A stretch of 64,000 bases of DNA, from assembly GCA_044892525.1 (NCBI GenBank), contig CM097885.1, positions 35,652,001 through 35,716,000 on the forward strand, read 5' to 3'. Both the position numbers and the translations under genes were made by a program. Source of the DNA: Schmidtea polychroa. Lineage: Eukaryota. Under the pieces are notes generated by a model. It ran no database searches, was not told the origin of the DNA, and was given only the letters and a program-made list of their open reading frames with translations. This document shows, piece after piece, positions 1 to 64,000 of the stretch (position 1 is the stretch's first letter; the number at the start of each line of letters is the position of its first letter).

Positions 1-287
1 AAAAGTTTAAAAAGTGAGATTATGTTTGGATGAATTCATATGCAATTCAAATTAACAAATTTAATAAGCAATGGATACCAGGAAAAATATTAAAGTCAGA
101 AATTCAATTAAAATATATAGCTGAGTGTAATGGCACCACAAAGCCGAAGGATGTTACAAATATTCGTTTTCGACTTCAGGATTCTTAAGAAAGTAGAGGG
201 AATATATTATAATGATTAAGTTGTTTAAATATTATGAAATAAATAGTGTTGAATTCGTTTTTTACAACTCGTACTTAGTTAGTAAAC

Positions 288-454
<167 letters not shown>

Positions 455-536
455 AAAATAAACAGCAGAACTTTTGTGATACCCAGTGCAAGACCCAATA
501 AGAGACTAGTTTTGAGCTTTTGGATCTTATCATACT

Positions 537-58900
<58,364 letters not shown>

Positions 58901-59684
58901 ATCTATCGAATCTAATCAGGTTTCTCTAGCAATATTTCCCGGGTGATTATTTTTTCACTATTTTGGGAGTGAATTTGATGTTAGAGATTGTGTTCATCTG
59001 TCCATTATCCATAGCCACCCGCAGCGCCATCATATCAGAATTTATCAACCTCCGTTACGGCAAATTTCAATTATTCTGTAAATATCGATTTTGTCGGTGG
59101 CCTTACACAGCATTCCATTAATTTTAGAGTTTTTTATGTAAATTTGTCCCGTTTTTTTATATGTCTCGTTTTAGTGTTTATAATTTGGTTTTTTAAACGA
59201 TTTTTGGTAATATTTTCAGCGCGAATTGAACTGATCATAAATTTGGGAGCTGTTTTGAAAAATTCAATAATCGGATTTTAAATTTTATCAATTCACGTTG
59301 ATTTTGATTGTATCGATTTTTAGTTAATCAATAGTTTCAAATTGGCACATTTTTTATATTACATTAATTCTATTGGTTAGATGACTTTATTGGACGCATT
59401 TTTGGAACAGTTTTGGAAAGGAAATTTTTAATATTAATTGAAAAATAAAATTAATGTAGGTTAAAAAAAGAGGTAGATAGGCTAACTTTTTGAGTACAAA
59501 AGGTTTAATTTGTAAGGATTCTTTCAACTGTTGCTGAAATGGTCGGGCCATTAAAATATAATATTCACCTTGGAGCCTAAAGAGTGAAGATATTATAATC
59601 AAATTTCATATACAAACACAATAATATTATCAAATTTAATTACATTTCCATAATCAAGGTTTGACATGTCAATATGAATTAAAT

Positions 59685-60201
59685 CAGTGTTTTCCTTGGT
59701 GGGGTATCACGACTCAGAGTTTAAACACGTCAGCATTTATCAACTATTCCACATATATCTTTTTAATACAATATACTCATTCACGACTAAATATAACAAC
59801 GCGCATACAGCAATTTCATTGACGGTTATTTTTCCATACTAACTATTAGAAGCAGCGAACACATCTTCTAAATTATTTTTTAAATCCGGTTCAAAAGTCA
59901 ACGTCATAATTCCAAGTGTTTTTTAATGAAATCTTGTATAATTTTCAAACAAATTTTCAGCGTTGAATAAAATATTTTCAAAACCATTTATTAAAATTTC
60001 AATATTTAAAATATATTTATTTAAAAATTATTGACTAATAAAACTTATTTCAAAATGCTATTTTAATTATCTTATTAAATCATTGAAATATTTAATTCTC
60101 AGCTGAAAACACCTCACACATGGCAATACTGATTATCGAAGTTTGACAGCTACTTCAAAGGGGCCGGTGGGGCATGGTATAAAGGAGGTCGGGAAACACT
60201 G
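59685..60201. mobile_element. hAT MITE, 517 bp
   Basis: CAGTGTTTTCC / GGGAAACACTG ends; TSD matches at 7 of 8 positions (AATTAAAT/TATTAAAT). Confidence 0.7.
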
Positions 60202-60493
60202 TATTAAATGCTTAATATAAAATTTTGATTAAACCTTGACTATATGCATTTATAATAAATATATAAAGTTAGACACCATTCAATTAGAAATTAACTTTTG
60301 TAATTAAATAATAAGATCTAATAAAGTCAATATCACACTAATAAATGAAATGAAAGGAAATGAATGAAAGGAAATTATTAATAAGACCGATAAGGATAAA
60401 TAGTTAATATGATTGTGAGGTGAAGTAGATATGCTTCTTGTAGAATTCAGAGTATTATTGAGTTTGTACAGTTTGCTAAGTTAATATTACTAT

Positions 60494-61112
60494 TTTCTAA
60501 GAAAGAGCTTATAATTCAACTTCTCGGGTTCTCGATCTAAATAAGAAAATAAGCTCAAAATGTTTTATTTTAACTATAAAATCACAACTGTTTCAGTTTT
60601 CACTATTAAGGAAATAGTTATGTAAAGTTTTGTTTGAATAATATTCGTTTTAGTGTGTTTTTGAAAAATATATTTTATTGAATTATTATTGATTTATTTT
60701 ATGAATTTAGAAGTTGAGGACATCATAACTGGCGACCACGCCAAGGAAATCAATGCGATAGGAAAAAAGAAAGGAACTAAGAATATGTTAGATTCCTTGT
60801 CAAAACAAGCACGTGAGATGCTAAATTTTAATGTCAGAAAGTTTGATGGAAAAGTTGGATCTGAAGCCGAACTTTGGCTAAAGGATATTATGGAATGGCT
60901 GAGAATAGAAGATCAAAGTCTAGTAGACGCATTGGATCTTTTGTTGACAGATGCGGCATCGATGTTATGGGAAGCGGCGAAAATAGCGAAGATGACCGAT
61001 TTTCTAAGAAAGAGCTTATAATTCTCGATCTAAATAAGAAAATAAGCTCAAAATGTTTTATTTTAACTATAAAATCACAACTGTTTCAGTTTTCACTATT
61101 AAGGAAATAACA
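60494..61112 (+). mobile_element. Collapsed Ty3/gypsy LTR retrotransposon remnant with PBS and gag fragment
   Basis: About 110-bp direct repeat (about 60494-60616 and 61000-61109); PBS-like TGGCGACCACG at 60730; KFDG..AELWL...LLTDAASMLW capsid-like peptide. Confidence 0.7.
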
Positions 61113-61389
61113 CTGGGTTGTTACTACAGCAAGGGGTATTACGCGTAACTGTCTCAAGCTGAATGAATCTAATTCAAAATGTTTTGTTATAGTTCGAAAA
61201 ATAATTTTTAAAATTGTTAACTAATATTACAGTGTTTTTCAAGCTATTAAGCCAGTGTTGCAAGCAATTAAGTCAATAAATAAATTGAATTAACAAAGGA
61301 TGTTTTTCTTATTTGCTGACATATTTAAATACATCAACATGGTTCGATAGTAGCCATTACAATAGGACATCGTAATTTTTAAAAAGGCA

Positions 61390-61990
61390 GAACTAATTCG
61401 TTACTTAAGTTGTCCTTCAGTATCACACCCATGCCTTACTACCAAGTTTTTCCATTTGCTAAAACAATTTTCAATTGGATTTAAAAATGGGAAATAAGGT
61501 GGTAAATATAAAACTGAAAATCGATCAAAATTCAGGTTTTGATAATGATGAATTAATGTTGGTGAACCAATTCCAATTGATTGGCATATTTGCCTGAGTT
61601 CATTTAAACAAACCTGAAACTTTTCACCGTTTATGTGTTTTGTGATACAATAGTCCATTTCTATTCATAATTGCAACAACAGAAATATTTCTGCTTCTTG
61701 CTTGATGCACAGATATAGTAGCTCTTACACCAGCTCTTCCTCTTCGTGGTCGTGTGCAAACCTTAAATCCAACTTCATCTAAAAATAAAAAAGATTCTAA
61801 CCAACGAAATTCTTTAGCTATTCAATTGTTCCATCTGAATTTTGTCCTGCCGGAACAGGCAAGACGTTGTTAATTGTATAATGTAATTATCTTAAGCATC
61901 TATCAATTGTTGATTCGGAAACGGAAATTCCAAATTCGCGGATACTCTCTTTTAGTTGAATTGATAATTTTCCTTCAAGGGCTTTCATAA
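61390..61990 (-). pseudogene. Tc1/IS630-type transposase remnant
   Basis: FGISVSESTIDRCL, FLDEVGF, LYLPPYFPFLNPIENCFSKWK; frameshifts and deletions. Confidence 0.8.
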
Positions 61991-62430
61991 ATTTCATAAA
62001 CATTTTAATTAAGATTTTCACCAAAGTAATAATATTAAGGGCTAGTACGTGGTAGTATGCTGAGTAATTTAAATATGGCCAAACAAATATTACCCCTTTA
62101 AATTTTCACCGATATCATTGACTTTTGTTTGATGACTTTTAAAGTAACGGCCTCAAGCAGAAAAATAAATATGATTAAACTTCTTTCAGAATGCTTTTAC
62201 CTTTACACAATCTTCCCACATCTTTTATCTTTGAAACATCATAAGAATTTGACTAAGTTTTTAGTTTCTTTTATGGAGCTTTCTCCTAGTTATTTACTTA
62301 CCAACGAGAAGTTGGAAAATCATAAATAAATTTAATTATTTTTATTTGCGGTTCACTGACTGACATGTCGTCTGTTAAACTCAGGTATTTCTTTTCTAAT
62401 TAAATTGATTTATTTTTTTCAATAAATCAA

Positions 62431-62795
62431 TTAATTTGTATTTTCTAATTTCATTTTCGTAAAATATTCTGTCAAATTCATCTTATAAATTGCATGAGGC
62501 AACAGATAACCTTCATAAATTGGCATAGTGTGTGGTACACTATGTCCGGAATCTAAAACAATGTCAATAGTTCTTAAAGAATAAAGCGACAGAACAGCTT
62601 GGAAAGCAAAATACATAGCAGGAGCACTGAATGTTTCAAACAGGATTTGAGTAATTTTTTTCTGTTAGCTTTTGGATTCAGTAGCGCTTTGGTAAGAAGA
62701 ACTGGATGTCTTTTCGCACAATTCTCAATAAAATGAATTATGCCAGATTTTTTGCATATCATTCCAGTTAGCAACTGTCAACAATGCCGGTGATT
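62431..62795 (-). pseudogene. Actin pseudogene fragment
   Basis: [64 protein letters not shown]; frameshifts and deletions. Confidence 0.88.
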
Positions 62796-63178
62796 AACAA
62801 TGTTAATAATAATGAAATAAAAGGCAAAAATCAAATTATATATTTAATCTCTCGATCTTCATTCAATGCAAATGGCTCACTCGATTTCATCTCACCTCCA
62901 ATGCCATAAATACTCTCATTTCATTGGATCATTTGATATTGCATTTATTAACATTTCCACTAATCAAATAGTCAGAAATTCAAAAGGATAATTAATTAGA
63001 ATTTATAAAATACCGCGAAAATTATTCAATATAGCAAAATATTTCTGGTAAAATAATCAAAATTAATTTTAATATAACTTTTTACTAGACTTATTTGAAC
63101 AATTGAGAATTTATTTTATTTAGACTTCAAAAACAAATATAAAAAATATAAAATGCATTTTGTATAGAATATATAATT

Positions 63179-63825
63179 TTAATCTCGTTCCACCCAGATG
63201 ACATCTGATGAATCTCTTCTGTGATTTCTTTTCTTTTTCCGAGAAGGCGATTTACTTCTGGATTTTTTGTGTTTTTTGCTTTTTTTCTTGGGCTTTTTCA
63301 ACTTTTTACTAGACTTATTTGAGGAATTATTGAGATGCTTCGATTGGGAAATTATTTTACAAGAGTCGCTTGAGCTTTCAGAATCTTCATTAACTGTTTG
63401 GATGGAATTTTTTAACGGAGAATAATTGATATAGGTAATGGTTTCTGGCTGTTTTCGCTGAGATGTATTTTCATAAAGATCATGAGTCCATCTATCACCT
63501 AACCCTATCCAGTCAAATAAACTAGAAGATTTTTCTTGTTTCTTTTTCTTTTCTAATATCCTTAATTCATTTTCAATTTTATAATGTCGCCTGATTTCTC
63601 TTTCTCTTTTGTCCATATGTTTGGCGATTAAAGAAGATACGTCATTTTTTTCAGAATTAGATCTCGATCGTTTTCTTTTTTTAGACTTTGATTTTAAGTA
63701 ATCTTCCCAAATTTCTTTTTCTTCTATATGCTTAACATTAAATTAAATCAAAATGAAAAAAAACTTACATTATTGTGTAAAATAGCATGCTTAATTTCGT
63801 TATTTAAAATATTTTTATAACTCAT
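63179..63825 (-). CDS. NKAPD1: NKAPD1 (C11orf57)-like Lys/Ser-rich protein, 2 exons (63825-63769, 63730-63179), 202 aa
   Basis: MSYKNILNNEIKHAILHNN|HIEEKEIW resembles NKAPD1 [30 protein letters not shown] motif; KKxK tail; 38-bp GT-AG intron. Confidence 0.72.
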
Positions 63826-64000
63826 TATAAATTATAAAGTTAAATTATAGCATAAAAATTTTTGACACTTTGTTACAGAAATAATATTTTTTAAATATTT
63901 GAATATTCTAAAATATTTAAACAAACTATTATTTTTCTAAAATAAAATTCCAACAATTAGGTTTTATAGTTTTAATTTTAAATTTTATGATTATTAAAAA

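Overview
Very AT-rich animal genomic DNA, dense in transposons. One large + strand afadin/canoe-like gene can be spliced by hand across almost the whole window (16 exons, about 537-58900, about 1048 aa). It has an RA domain, a DIL domain and the afadin C-terminal motif; no FHA or PDZ exon was recognised. Its introns hold a nearly intact hAT transposon, many hAT, piggyBac and pogo MITEs, mariner, pogo and MULE remnants, and solo LTRs. The main feature is a 17,378-bp element (39584-56961) that is almost entirely one palindrome: two about 8.35-kb inverted arms around a 663-bp spacer. It has AGTAG...CTACT ends and a perfect 6-bp target duplication (GATGTA), which are Maverick/Polinton-type end signatures, but no polymerase, integrase or capsid gene is visible. 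Each arm carries a dense array of TCAAGGTCA and TGACTCA motifs, several tandem repeats, a disabled IAP-type RING gene, a decayed LRR-like region and four copies of a short module also found outside the element. It interrupts a small hairpin element inside an inferred afadin intron. The window ends with a gag remnant, a Tc1/IS630 remnant, an actin pseudogene and an NKAPD1-like gene. All calls were made by eye; no searches were run.
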